Source of the DNA: Escherichia phage vB_EcoM-ZQ1
Sequence record: MW650886.1
Strand: one strand, 5' to 3'
Length of the DNA stretch: 64,000 nt
Shown: piece by piece, positions 34,918-44,094 of the stretch
Layout: every line of letters starts with the position of its first letter
How positions within the stretch are numbered: position 1 is the first letter of the stretch
The notes under the pieces: model-generated
The model's database searches: none
What the model saw: only the letters and a program-made list of their open reading frames with translations
Told to the model about the DNA's origin: nothing
Translations under genes and position numbers: made by a program

Positions 34918-35685
34918 ATGGCACCCCGCGCATATCGTTTCAGTCTCACCGCCCCGCAGATTGAGCAATTGCTCCTCTCTATCTATGATGCTATCAAGTC
35001 AGAAGATATCATCTATGATTATGCTGCAGGTGGGACTGCTGGACAAGTCGCAGCAGCGTCTGCTGTCAAGAACATGTGGTTGAAGCTCAACGAGATGGTG
35101 ACAGGCCAAGGTCTCAAAGATGCCATCAACGATGCAGAAGACAGCAACGTGTTCACCGACTATTATAAGTCTTTACTGGATCGCGAAGGCTGGAAATTTA
35201 TTGGATCGCCAGCAGATGAACTTCAGCGAGGCGACATCGATACCTCGAACTTCAAAGGTGGTGAGGTCATTCTACTTCAGAAGAACGCTTCGGGCAACCC
35301 AGAATTCCAATACTGGAAGCGAACCCCTGTTGCTGGGGGTGATCCTACCTTTGCATGGGCTTCGGTCTATGAAGGGAACTCCAATGATTCCAGCATAGAG
35401 ATTCCCGTGGTTGGCACCAGCGTACTCAAGGACATCCCCAAGGCACTCTTCCATATGATCGAGTTCAGAGTACATGTCTACGATGAGACACTGGGTCATT
35501 GGCAAGACACCGACGGGAAGGTAGGGTATCGTGGCGAGGATCTGATCTACAGTGTCTACAACCATATTCAGACCAAACCTCTCGCCACCATTGACTTCAG
35601 CCAAGATACGGACAATATGACGGTTTCTGTGACGTCGTTGGAACCGAATGTCAAGTGCCGTCTGTCCTTCGTTGCGGGTTACTAA
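34918..35685 (+). CDS. hypothetical protein, probable late gene
   Basis: ATG MAPRAYRF with AAGAGGAA SD; TATAAATA 35 nt upstream; the longer listed ORF begins inside the divergent RNase H gene. Confidence 0.5.
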   Translation: MAPRAYRFSLTAPQIEQLLLSIYDAIKSEDIIYDYAAGGTAGQVAAASAVKNMWLKLNEMVTGQGLKDAINDAEDSNVFTDYYKSLLDREGWKFIGSPADELQRGDIDTSNFKGGEVILLQKNASGNPEFQYWKRTPVAGGDPTFAWASVYEGNSNDSSIEIPVVGTSVLKDIPKALFHMIEFRVHVYDETLGHWQDTDGKVGYRGEDLIYSVYNHIQTKPLATIDFSQDTDNMTVSVTSLEPNVKCRLSFVAGY

Positions 35686-37400
35686 ACCTCAAACACGGCA
35701 TCAGTGAACCAAGCGGGGAAGAACTCTGGGTTGCGCATCATCAGTGATTCAAAAGAAGAATCAAGGATGTACGTCGCAGCCCAGTCATTCACGCCCCTGA
35801 CCGAACGCCCACACATCTGAACGATACGCAGTACCGCCATCCTGAAGTACGCCGATGGGTCCACACTGTTGACGTGGGCCACCAGAGGATCACCAAGGTA
35901 ATCGTATGGCACCTTGATCAAGATCTGAAATCGACTATAATCGCCTTTGAAGTCATACCCCTCTTCCATGGCCGGACTGGCGATGACACAAGGCGTCTTC
36001 GTCCTGAACGCGTGTTCCATGATGTCCATCAGAGCCTTACGAGTACGAGGAACGTGAATCATATTCCGGTACTTACTGAACTTTTGTAGAGCCAGGGCGC
36101 GGTCATAACTGACTGTGTGAATGATGCCAGACTGTCCAGGGTGGAACGCGATAATTTCATCCACGTATTCAGCCAGCTTCTTCATCTCGTAGTCACCCAT
36201 GTTCGCTGTCATCTTCATGATGGGCATGTAGTTGACTTTCCGGTTCTCAATCGGGATAGGGTTGCCGATCTGTATCTTGTGGTACTCACCCTCGCGGATA
36301 CCCAGTGACCGGGCGTACGAGTCAATCCCACAAATGGTAGCCGACATGTGAACGTGGTAGTCACCCTTGCGGAACAGGCCGAACTGGGATACATCAGAGG
36401 CGATGACAGGCTTGAACTGAATCATACCCTTGTCCTTCTCCTGTACGATGAAAGTGCTGGCGTTGGTCTGCCCCATGATACCGCAGTAGTCACTGAGGTT
36501 GTGAAGAGTATCAATAATATCAGACAGCTTCATCACCTGGGCTTCAGTCAGGCGCTCGTCCTCTACCAGTTCCTCAAGAGTTTCCAACAGGGCTTCAACC
36601 TTGCCGTGCAGTTCATCAAATATCGCATGCATCTCACCAGACAGGGAATACAGCTTGCCCAATTCATAGTTCTCTGTGCGGATGATGATATCCTTGATGG
36701 TCTCCACGATAGACACTCCCTCGGGGATCGTAAGCAACCCTTCCACAGCCTTTATGTTGTATTCCATGATAGTATGCTCTAGGAGCGTAGAGGGCATTTT
36801 ATGACACTCGTCAAGGATCAGCATATCGGCGCGGTTTTCCGGCTTCATACAGATCGTCGTGCACATCTCCACCATCATGGCGGCGTTGGTGCAGCGCAGG
36901 GAGGAGACGTCGGTCCACTGTCGACGCGCCTGAACATATGGGCAACGATTCTTACTACAGTGGCCATCACGGCATGCCATACGGCACTGAATGGCGTTGT
37001 AGTATAGGTCGGGACTGATGTGGCAACGATAGTTCTTCTTGCCCTTCAGGATGTCTATCGCCACGGCTTTCTCTGCTGCATACTGATCCTGTAAACCTTT
37101 GGTCGGCGTCGTGATAGACGTGCGGAACTGACCATACGGGTTGTGCTCAAGAACCAAATGGCGAAGCACGTTATGGATGGTAGTGCCGATGAGGGATTTA
37201 CCTACACCAGTCGGAGCCTCGATGATCACGTGTTTGAATTTCTTATTCACAAGGGCATCAATGGCTTCAACGATGCATTCCATCTGGCCGGGGTTGGCGG
37301 TGTCATACGGGAAGAACTCAGTGGCAAGAGACTTGATGCGGTCTATGCTGACTGGTCCGACGCCGTCAAGCGCCTTGGTATATTGGTTGAATGCTGTCAC
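35682..37400 (-). CDS. DinG/XPD-like (Rad3 family) DNA helicase with Fe-S cluster cysteines
   Basis: Walker A PTGVGKS, DECH box (LILDECHKM), four-Cys cluster CRMACRDGHCSKNRC; GTG start with strong SD AGGAGGAAG. Confidence 0.7.
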   Translation of the reverse strand: MTAFNQYTKALDGVGPVSIDRIKSLATEFFPYDTANPGQMECIVEAIDALVNKKFKHVIIEAPTGVGKSLIGTTIHNVLRHLVLEHNPYGQFRTSITTPTKGLQDQYAAEKAVAIDILKGKKNYRCHISPDLYYNAIQCRMACRDGHCSKNRCPYVQARRQWTDVSSLRCTNAAMMVEMCTTICMKPENRADMLILDECHKMPSTLLEHTIMEYNIKAVEGLLTIPEGVSIVETIKDIIIRTENYELGKLYSLSGEMHAIFDELHGKVEALLETLEELVEDERLTEAQVMKLSDIIDTLHNLSDYCGIMGQTNASTFIVQEKDKGMIQFKPVIASDVSQFGLFRKGDYHVHMSATICGIDSYARSLGIREGEYHKIQIGNPIPIENRKVNYMPIMKMTANMGDYEMKKLAEYVDEIIAFHPGQSGIIHTVSYDRALALQKFSKYRNMIHVPRTRKALMDIMEHAFRTKTPCVIASPAMEEGYDFKGDYSRFQILIKVPYDYLGDPLVAHVNSVDPSAYFRMAVLRIVQMCGRSVRGVNDWAATYILDSSFESLMMRNPEFFPAWFTDAVFEV

Positions 37401-37449
37401 TTTCTTCCTCCTATGGGATTCGCCTATAGTTTACCCGATCCCCAAGAAC

Positions 37450-37478
37450 GAAAAAGCCGGAGCATTGTACTCCGGCTT
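37450..37478 (-). terminator. intrinsic terminator after the HU gene
   Basis: AGCCGGAG-CATTGTA-CTCCGGCT hairpin followed by TTTTTC. Confidence 0.55.
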
Positions 37479-37529
37479 TCTCTTTTGCCATGCCCTGTAA
37501 TGCAGAGCCTGGCCGCGCGTCAGATAGAA

Positions 37530-37808
37530 TTACTTGCCGTTGGCAGCGTTCTTCAGACCTTCGCCCACTTTGAATTTCACAACGTTTTTCGCCGCGATCT
37601 GAATGGTCTGGCCATTCAGAGGGTTGCGACCTTCACGCGCTTCTTGGTGTTTCACTTCGAACGCACCGAAGCCGACCAGCTGTACAGATGCGCCTGCAGC
37701 AACTGCAGTTTTAACACCGTCGATAAAGGATGCCACTACTTTCTCCGCTTCGCCTTTGGTGATGTTCTGGGTCGAAGCAATGTGGGCAACAAATTCAGTA
37801 CGATTCAT
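37530..37808 (-). CDS. HU/IHF-family DNA-binding protein
   Basis: 92 aa; GFGAFEVKHQEAREGRNPLNGQTIQIAAKNVVKFKVG is typical of HU. Confidence 0.8.
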   Translation of the reverse strand: MNRTEFVAHIASTQNITKGEAEKVVASFIDGVKTAVAAGASVQLVGFGAFEVKHQEAREGRNPLNGQTIQIAAKNVVKFKVGEGLKNAANGK

Positions 37809-37933
37809 CTGGATTTCTCCGTTGAGTTAATGTTTACTTTCATGTTCACTACAAGAGGACTACATCTTACCTAACAAAACATATTGAATAAAGCGAAATT
37901 ATTAGCCTTTCACCACGATTACAGTCTTTGTGC

Positions 37934-38374
37934 TCATATTTGCTCCGTTTGTTTCTCAACGCCCAGTGCGGCGGCATAGATACCACGAGCCATGCGATCA
38001 TCACAAAATCCATGCGTGAATAATCCAGCAATGGCATCAAGGCGTTCCTGTGTTGGTGTGACAGGCACAGACACCGTTTGAACTTCAGTCTTTTCGGTGC
38101 CTTCCGGCTTCATCAAGACCTCCATTTCTTGACGGCTAACAATAATGGTTTCTACCTTATCTTCATCGATCAACATTTCGTTCAGAAGATCGTATCCCAA
38201 CACTTGTGTATCGCCGATATATGTCTTCGCGTTCAGTTGTGCTTCGATACTTAACACCCTCTGAGCTGTAAGACCACCAGAGGAGAACGGTACTGGATAG
38301 AAGGCGGAACGCACTTGGGCACACCCATTTACGCTGTAACGAACCAGCAAGACATCACACCATACGCCAGCCAT
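37934..38374 (-). CDS. hypothetical protein
   Basis: 146 aa; GGAGGTG SD. Confidence 0.45.
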   Translation of the reverse strand: MAGVWCDVLLVRYSVNGCAQVRSAFYPVPFSSGGLTAQRVLSIEAQLNAKTYIGDTQVLGYDLLNEMLIDEDKVETIIVSRQEMEVLMKPEGTEKTEVQTVSVPVTPTQERLDAIAGLFTHGFCDDRMARGIYAAALGVEKQTEQI

Positions 38375-38375
38375 A

Positions 38376-39038
38376 TTACACCTCCACCGCGTGAGACTTC
38401 AGGAGTTCATCAATCTCTTTCTGTCCCATGTATGAGAACGGGGTGCGCTGGTAGAACGCCCAGAGTACTAACTGGACAACAGCACGGGAACGGGTTTCGG
38501 CCGTCATCACCAGGCCACTGAAATGAGGAGACTCAGCTGTCCATTGTATATCTTCGCCCAGGTCTTGATTACAGGTCACCGAGATGCGGAACTTGTTGCA
38601 CAGATTGTCGACTTCTTTGTACGCATCGGTAGACACACGAAGTTGTTCCGCATGTACCCACGGAGTTGTGATGATTCTTTCACCCAACGTCTTTTCTGAA
38701 ACGAACCAATCAATAGATTGGGTAAACTCGCTGAAATGGTCGATACGATAAATGCAGTCTCCCCCTTCCATAGAACGCATGGCATGATAGCGAGCGTCGA
38801 TTTCGTTGTTGTGCATCGCGTTGAAGTCGATGAACACGCGACGCGCCAGCACAACATCTTCTGGTTGAAGTGCCAGGAAATCGTTCAGGCGGCTATAATG
38901 GAGGATATTGGAACCGTCGTGGCCACGTGTGCAATATGCGTAATGGCTACCGATACGGGCGTGGGCAATATAAGACAACGGGGCGAAGAATAATCCGTCA
39001 GGATCAGGACCGACGATAATAGAATAAAGTTTTTCCAT
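38376..39038 (-). CDS. hypothetical protein
   Basis: Start re-set to MEKLYSII, preceded by the conserved ACTATATCATG start context. Confidence 0.45.
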   Translation of the reverse strand: MEKLYSIIVGPDPDGLFFAPLSYIAHARIGSHYAYCTRGHDGSNILHYSRLNDFLALQPEDVVLARRVFIDFNAMHNNEIDARYHAMRSMEGGDCIYRIDHFSEFTQSIDWFVSEKTLGERIITTPWVHAEQLRVSTDAYKEVDNLCNKFRISVTCNQDLGEDIQWTAESPHFSGLVMTAETRSRAVVQLVLWAFYQRTPFSYMGQKEIDELLKSHAVEV

Positions 39039-39094
39039 GATATAGTCACTCAAATGAAAGGGCAGCTTTATGATAAGCCGCCCGAGGTTATTGA

Positions 39095-39964
39095 TTATTG
39101 GAAATCGCCAACATACATGTTCAGCTTGTCGTCCCAATTCAGAACGACACGGATCGTTCCGGTATCTTCTGGGAAGGTCAGTTTGTCGCACATGGCGCGA
39201 TTAACATAAGTCCCACTCTGGTTCACGTTGTAGTCCTTGCCTTGCATGATACCGAAACGCTTGAAGTCGCGAGTGACCATCATGTTCAGAGTTGTCCAAG
39301 GGATTGCATCGCGCAGGGCTTTGCACAGGACGATCTTGCCATCCGACCTGAACGACACAAACAGCTCGTTGGCGACACGACGGCGAGTAGGCGGTTCAAG
39401 TTCACGCAGGGAAATGAATTGTGAATTCTTTACCTTTTCTGCCAGCGCCTGTACTTCTGTTGGATCCGGCTTGAACGGCTCCACTGAAGAGTCAGACTTC
39501 ATCACAACGTCACCCTTGCGCTTCTCAACCAATTGCTCCACAGCCTTTTGACTCACGGGCGGGAGGTATTTGGACTCAGGAACAACCGCTGGCTTGATGA
39601 CAGGGCTTGCATCTGGTTTCGCCTTTGGGGTACTCCGAGCCGCACGCAGCTTTTCCTGGGCTTCCAGAATGCGCTCTTGACGAGAAAGTGGAGCCTTTGG
39701 GGTGATCTTCGTACTGAAGTCAGAAACGCCGACCCAGTCACCCTGGTCATTACGCTTGGCGACCAGAGTCAGTTTGTGAATGATACCCTGAAGTTTGCTC
39801 TCACGTAAGTTGTCGGCATACCAGAACTTCGCGCCCATCTCGAACTTCTCGGCGAAGATCACGCGAGCGTCTTCGTGTACCAACATAACTTTGGCTGCGT
39901 TGGGGGCAAAAGCCTTATTCTTTTCGATAATCGCCGCAGCGATTGTTTTGGTCAGGAGCATCAC
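39095..39964 (-). CDS. hypothetical protein
   Basis: 289 aa ORF. Confidence 0.5.
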   Translation of the reverse strand: MMLLTKTIAAAIIEKNKAFAPNAAKVMLVHEDARVIFAEKFEMGAKFWYADNLRESKLQGIIHKLTLVAKRNDQGDWVGVSDFSTKITPKAPLSRQERILEAQEKLRAARSTPKAKPDASPVIKPAVVPESKYLPPVSQKAVEQLVEKRKGDVVMKSDSSVEPFKPDPTEVQALAEKVKNSQFISLRELEPPTRRRVANELFVSFRSDGKIVLCKALRDAIPWTTLNMMVTRDFKRFGIMQGKDYNVNQSGTYVNRAMCDKLTFPEDTGTIRVVLNWDDKLNMYVGDFQ

Positions 39965-40000
39965 GGTGTATTCCTTCAGTTCACAATGTAGGGCTAAATT

Positions 40001-40330
40001 TTAACCCGAAACTTTATTTTGAAATCCGACAAAGTCCTGGGCAATCCCCCGGCAATACATCAGGTCTTTCTTCGTTTGTGGACTGTTGTCAGCCGCAGTC
40101 AGCATCATGGGAAGGTCCAGCGCATTCTCTATCTGATCAACACTGAACAGATCAAGGCGCTTCAGCTCTCCCTCGAAGTCAGACAGTAGGATAGATGTGT
40201 CTTTGTCATCTGGGTGGAACTGCTGATACGTCTCCATCCATGCCACACATGTGTTCAGTTTGGACGGTGGCGCGGCGTTTACACACCCGGCTATCAGTAC
40301 CAACAAGAGCAGGATTTTACATTTCATCAC
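40001..40330 (-). CDS. lipoprotein
   Basis: N-terminal MMKCKILLLLVLIAGC lipobox; ATGA-coupled to the upstream gene. Confidence 0.5.
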   Translation of the reverse strand: MMKCKILLLLVLIAGCVNAAPPSKLNTCVAWMETYQQFHPDDKDTSILLSDFEGELKRLDLFSVDQIENALDLPMMLTAADNSPQTKKDLMYCRGIAQDFVGFQNKVSG

Positions 40331-41013
40331 TCGTTCTCCTTCATCATATTGTCGCAGTCAACACGAGTCTGCTGGAGTTCGCGCGACATGCGGGGATCAT
40401 CAAGGTTCACGCTCAGATTCGTGGCCAGGTCTTTCAGACCGTTCTGAACCCTGTCTTCAAAGTAATAATCGTTCTCAACCAGCCAGGCTCTGAGACCAAG
40501 AGCGCGGGTGCGCCATTCCTTCTTCAGGACGCGATCAGAGGTCTGCGTAGCGCTGTATTCGAATACTTTGACGCACTGGTTGCCATCGTTGATGAGGTTC
40601 AGGTGGCGGCGACCAACCTGCACACCCTTCTGTAATGCCGGAGAAGGGAGCGAACGGCACTGTCTTACGGTCATTCGGCCTTGGGTGCCCATTCGGCCAG
40701 TCATGATTAAATCGCCAGCCTCCATGCCTCCACGGTTAAATTCGTCGTCATTGAGGTAGCCCTTGAGGTTATAGGCTCCCTGTTTGTAACGGTTGAACTC
40801 AATTCCGGCATTGACGACAGCAGTGGAGACGTTGCCTGTGTTCCAGAGTTCAGCGAAGTTCTCTATGGAACCAGACTTGTCGATGGCAACCGCCTGGGAG
40901 AACCCAGCACAATAGGAAAGGTCGGACCACAGTTTATCACCTGTGGAGTTCAGCTTGGCAGCGGCGGGTAATGCCAGACCAGCCAGCACAACCCCGAGGA
41001 TTAAACGTTTCAT
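40327..41013 (-). CDS. secreted protein (signal peptide)
   Basis: Start re-set to MKRLILGVVLAGLALPAAA with AGGAGA SD. Confidence 0.5.
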   Translation of the reverse strand: MKRLILGVVLAGLALPAAAKLNSTGDKLWSDLSYCAGFSQAVAIDKSGSIENFAELWNTGNVSTAVVNAGIEFNRYKQGAYNLKGYLNDDEFNRGGMEAGDLIMTGRMGTQGRMTVRQCRSLPSPALQKGVQVGRRHLNLINDGNQCVKVFEYSATQTSDRVLKKEWRTRALGLRAWLVENDYYFEDRVQNGLKDLATNLSVNLDDPRMSRELQQTRVDCDNMMKENE

Positions 41014-41092
41014 GGCGATTCTCCTTATTTCATTGGATGAAATGATAGGCGGCTCACCATGATGAGTAAAGGGATTCAATAAACTATCGTAT

Positions 41093-41542
41093 TCAGAAAC
41101 GGGTATCGCTGACCGTTCTGTATCGCACACCCTGAAACTGTTTAGCGAGTCTAACAAATTCCATCGCTGGTAAATCAACTTTGTAGACCTTCATGCGCTG
41201 TTTGCCGTCCATGTTCAACGCAGCGACAAATCGGTGAGAACCGTCAACAACGTAATTGTCAGAAGACACCCAAACTCGACCCATAGGTTTCTTATTTCTG
41301 ATCTGCTTCATAATCTTCCAGACCTTCATTTTATTGATTTCGTTCTGGGTAAGACGAAGCATTTTGATGGGCACTTGCGCAGCATCTATGGACACGCCGT
41401 TGTCTTCAAGATATTTGTGAAAATCTTCTTGTTTGTCGGCATCGATTTGCGGCATAGAAGAACGAGAAAGCCCGAGGTTCCCAACAGGGATCCTCAGGCC
41501 GTTAATGATGTTCAACCAGTCAATAAAGGATGTAAGGAACAT
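41093..41542 (-). CDS. ParB/sulfiredoxin-like nuclease domain protein
   Basis: 149 aa; NYVVDGSHRFVAA resembles the ParB-like DGxHR motif; GAGGTG SD. Confidence 0.4.
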   Translation of the reverse strand: MFLTSFIDWLNIINGLRIPVGNLGLSRSSMPQIDADKQEDFHKYLEDNGVSIDAAQVPIKMLRLTQNEINKMKVWKIMKQIRNKKPMGRVWVSSDNYVVDGSHRFVAALNMDGKQRMKVYKVDLPAMEFVRLAKQFQGVRYRTVSDTRF

Positions 41543-41574
41543 GACACACCTCGGGATATAGGGTTATCCCTTAG

Positions 41575-41766
41575 TTAGCGCATCCATCGATCCTTTCTCT
41601 CTTTCTCCTTGCGTTCGCGACGTTTCTGGTCGGATCGGAATAACCAATAGAAGAAGTTCCCACCCAAGATGAAAACCACCGCGATTATTACTAGGACACC
41701 CTTCACAATTTCCCAAACCAATTCTTTATCCAAATTATACCTCGTCTTCTTCAGGTCCACCGTCAA
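41575..41766 (-). CDS. small membrane protein
   Basis: 63 aa; one hydrophobic helix followed by a basic tail. Confidence 0.35.
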   Translation of the reverse strand: MTVDLKKTRYNLDKELVWEIVKGVLVIIAVVFILGGNFFYWLFRSDQKRRERKEKERKDRWMR

Positions 41767-42022
41767 TCAGGATACGAGCGGTGTCGAAAGTTTCCCCGCC
41801 CGTGTTCAGCAGCTTGGTTAGATCATCAAGAGTACCGACAGGGCCAAGATCAGATGACCGCGATATAAACTCCAGCATGCCATACAACGCTGTTTGGAAT
41901 CGGCTGTTGTCGATATCGTTCTTTATTACCATCAGGCGCAAGATGTTCTCTGACTGAGTATGGCCAACACACGCCTTGTCTCTGATCATCTCCTTGATAG
42001 AACTTCTCTCTGATGGTGTCAT
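41735..42022 (-). CDS. hypothetical protein
   Basis: 95 aa ORF. Confidence 0.35.
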   Translation of the reverse strand: MTPSERSSIKEMIRDKACVGHTQSENILRLMVIKNDIDNSRFQTALYGMLEFISRSSDLGPVGTLDDLTKLLNTGGETFDTARILIDGGPEEDEV

Positions 42023-42393
42023 AACGTACCCCCGACAGAGATCAAGAACTCTTCTTGCATGGTCTTGACCGGGTGGTGGTTGCGGGTTTCGAACATGAAG
42101 CCCCAGCCACCGTCGGCGACGTTACCAAAGGTCTTGACACCAAAGGACTTCGTCCCGTTGGAGCAGGAATAGATGTCCAGGACGTATGGGCTACCCTGAT
42201 TGTCGATCCCACGATTCACGTCGTCTGATACACAGCGCTCAATCATCTTCCCGTTCTTATACAGAACGAGGTCTTGACCATACGCCTTGAAAGCATAAAC
42301 ACCGTTGGTAGACACTCCGGTGATGACAGGAGGGGCGGAAACAGCAGCAAAGGAAGCGCCTAGCAGGGCAACAGCGAGGATTAACTTTTTCAT
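42019..42393 (-). CDS. secreted protein (signal peptide)
   Basis: Start MKKLILAVALLGASFAAVSA preceded by the conserved leader motif. Confidence 0.45.
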   Translation of the reverse strand: MKKLILAVALLGASFAAVSAPPVITGVSTNGVYAFKAYGQDLVLYKNGKMIERCVSDDVNRGIDNQGSPYVLDIYSCSNGTKSFGVKTFGNVADGGWGFMFETRNHHPVKTMQEEFLISVGGTL

Positions 42394-42445
42394 GATATAG
42401 TCTCTTGGTTTCAAATGGGCGGGGTATGATTACCCCGCCGTGGGT

Positions 42446-42952
42446 TTATAGGGTAACAAGTGATACGGTAAAAACCATCGTCCCGTCTGTTGCCATTTTT
42501 CTTGAAACTGGTATGACGCGAGGCTGGCAGAATATCCATTCTTTCTCCATGGACGCCAAGTCCAGCATATCCATTTCTGATTCATCGCCTTTGTTCACAA
42601 ATTTTTCTAGAGAACCATAGACATTAAGCCCCTCCGGGAGTCTGTTTCGATGTTTGTAACAAATGCGGGCAACAGCTTTGGTTCCGTACGATTTAGAAAA
42701 TTTTTTGGCCACATGCTTCAGTTCACTGAAGCTAAGACAAGAATCCCATGTCTGGAACATGTCGCCTCGTTCAAACATCATCTCTAAACGCGCAACGTCC
42801 TCTTTAGGCAGCCCGCGATAAAGTGTGGTCGTCTGTGGTTCGCGCAATTCTTGCACCAGATCACGGACGGCAGGGGAAACAGTACCGGGGCGCATGATGT
42901 GGGACTTATCATGGACGAGGTAAAATAAATCTTGAATTTGTTGATCAGTCAT
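42446..42952 (-). CDS. hypothetical protein
   Basis: Start MTDQQIQ with AGGAACTATATCATG context. Confidence 0.45.
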   Translation of the reverse strand: MTDQQIQDLFYLVHDKSHIMRPGTVSPAVRDLVQELREPQTTTLYRGLPKEDVARLEMMFERGDMFQTWDSCLSFSELKHVAKKFSKSYGTKAVARICYKHRNRLPEGLNVYGSLEKFVNKGDESEMDMLDLASMEKEWIFCQPRVIPVSRKMATDGTMVFTVSLVTL

Positions 42953-43011
42953 GATATAGTTCCTGCATTTCAAATAGACGGGGTAATCATACCCCGCCCA
43001 AAGTTATAGAA

Positions 43012-43251
43012 TTAGCTGATATGCTTCAGAAGAGCGAAGAGGATCACGGCCTTGGCCTTTACCTTTCCTACGATGCCTGTCTCGACATCAACTTCTTCAG
43101 CAACCCACTCTTTTCCCTTCTTGCTGATGATAACGTCACGACGCTGTGCGTAGACTTCTTTGGTCGCATACACACGACGGAACCCTTTAGCGCGGAGCAA
43201 TCCCCAATTGCGATCAATCTCTACTGAAGTTTCGACCATTTTGTTCTTCAT
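43012..43251 (-). CDS. hypothetical protein
   Basis: 79 aa; promoter-hairpin cassette upstream. Confidence 0.4.
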   Translation of the reverse strand: MKNKMVETSVEIDRNWGLLRAKGFRRVYATKEVYAQRRDVIISKKGKEWVAEEVDVETGIVGKVKAKAVILFALLKHIS

Positions 43252-43302
43252 GATATAATCTTACCTTTCAACCCGGTGAACCCATCGTTCGCCAGTTATT
43301 GA

Positions 43303-43331
43303 ATAATAGGACATTCCTTAGAGGAAGTAAA
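43303..43331 (-). promoter_or_regulatory. early promoter (-35 TTTACT, 17 nt, -10 TATTAT) after a repeat hairpin
   Basis: GGGGTTTACTTCCTCTAAGGAATGTCCTATTAT. Confidence 0.45.
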
Positions 43332-43367
43332 CCCCTAAAAGTAAAAATCCCCAACGTTTGTTGGGGA
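43324..43367. repeat. 44-bp direct repeat, copy 1 (contains an 11-bp-stem hairpin)
   Basis: GAAGTAAACCCCTAAAAGTAAAAATCCCCAACGTTTGTTGGGGA, identical to 43683..43726. Confidence 0.7.
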
Positions 43368-43384
43368 TTTAATAAAAGTTATGC

Positions 43385-43609
43385 CTATTTAATTTCTCGG
43401 CTTGAATTTTCTAGTTCTAATTTTCTTATAGCAGAAATTCTGCCTTCATCAGTTGCGGGAAACTCCCAAACAGCACGACGCCCGTTGTTGGTATCACAAC
43501 TTGCCAGCCAGCAGAAATTAGAGGGGTCCTTAAACAAGACCAATTTAGGGTTAGCAATATTGTTCAGGCAAAATGGGGTGAGGTCAACAACACATGATAT
43601 AGCAGACAT
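43385..43609 (-). CDS. hypothetical protein
   Basis: 74 aa; promoter-hairpin cassette upstream. Confidence 0.4.
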   Translation of the reverse strand: MSAISCVVDLTPFCLNNIANPKLVLFKDPSNFCWLASCDTNNGRRAVWEFPATDEGRISAIRKLELENSSREIK

Positions 43610-43668
43610 AATATATACCTTCTTTCAATGAACGGGAACGCCCCGCTCTATGAATTCAATAATACGCA

Positions 43669-43697
43669 TTTACATTATAGAAGTAAACCCCTAAAAG
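43669..43697 (-). promoter_or_regulatory. early promoter (-35 TTTACT, 17 nt, -10 TATTAT) after a repeat hairpin
   Basis: GGGGTTTACTTCTATAATGTAAATGCGTATTAT. Confidence 0.45.
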
Positions 43698-43726
43698 TAA
43701 AAATCCCCAACGTTTGTTGGGGACTT
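43683..43726. repeat. 44-bp direct repeat, copy 2
   Basis: Identical 44-mer 359 bp downstream of copy 1; each copy precedes a small gene. Confidence 0.7.
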
Positions 43727-43729
43727 CTG

Positions 43730-44053
43730 TTATTTGCGCAGGGCAACCACGAGTTCAGCGAGTTCACCCATGGTCGGGTCATCGCCTTTACTACCCAGCC
43801 AACCGTCGTCGATTTCGACCTGAAACTCTTCTTCTAGTTCCATTACGATTTCGATGGCATCCAGTTCGTCACCACCGAGGTCTTTCTTGGTACGGAGGCC
43901 AGCCAGCTTGTCCAGGGCGTCCTCGTTCTGAGATGCCACGTCGTCCAGCAATTTGCGCTTGTCATCGTCACGCCACAGATCCATATTCAGATTGTCAGTG
44001 GCGTACTGAGCCAGATGACGCATGACTTCAACATATGTTGGTTTACTGCTCAT
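43730..44053 (-). CDS. acyl carrier protein-like protein with Ser-to-Glu at the phosphopantetheine site
   Basis: DLGGDELDAIEIVMELEEEFQVEIDD aligns with E. coli ACP [26 protein letters not shown]; the DSL serine is Glu here. Confidence 0.55.
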   Translation of the reverse strand: MSSKPTYVEVMRHLAQYATDNLNMDLWRDDDKRKLLDDVASQNEDALDKLAGLRTKKDLGGDELDAIEIVMELEEEFQVEIDDGWLGSKGDDPTMGELAELVVALRK

Positions 44054-44060
44054 GTTATTA

Positions 44061-44086
44061 CTCCAAAGAAAGGCGGGTTGCCCCGC
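44061..44086 (-). terminator. hairpin after the vWA gene
   Basis: GGCGGG-TTGC-CCCGCC followed by TTTCTTTGG. Confidence 0.45.
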
Positions 44087-44094
44087 CCGTTGGA

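Noticed and set aside
37143-37874. 243-aa plus-strand ORF spanning the helicase start and the HU gene
   Set aside because: Antisense to two well-supported minus-strand genes and to the terminator between them.
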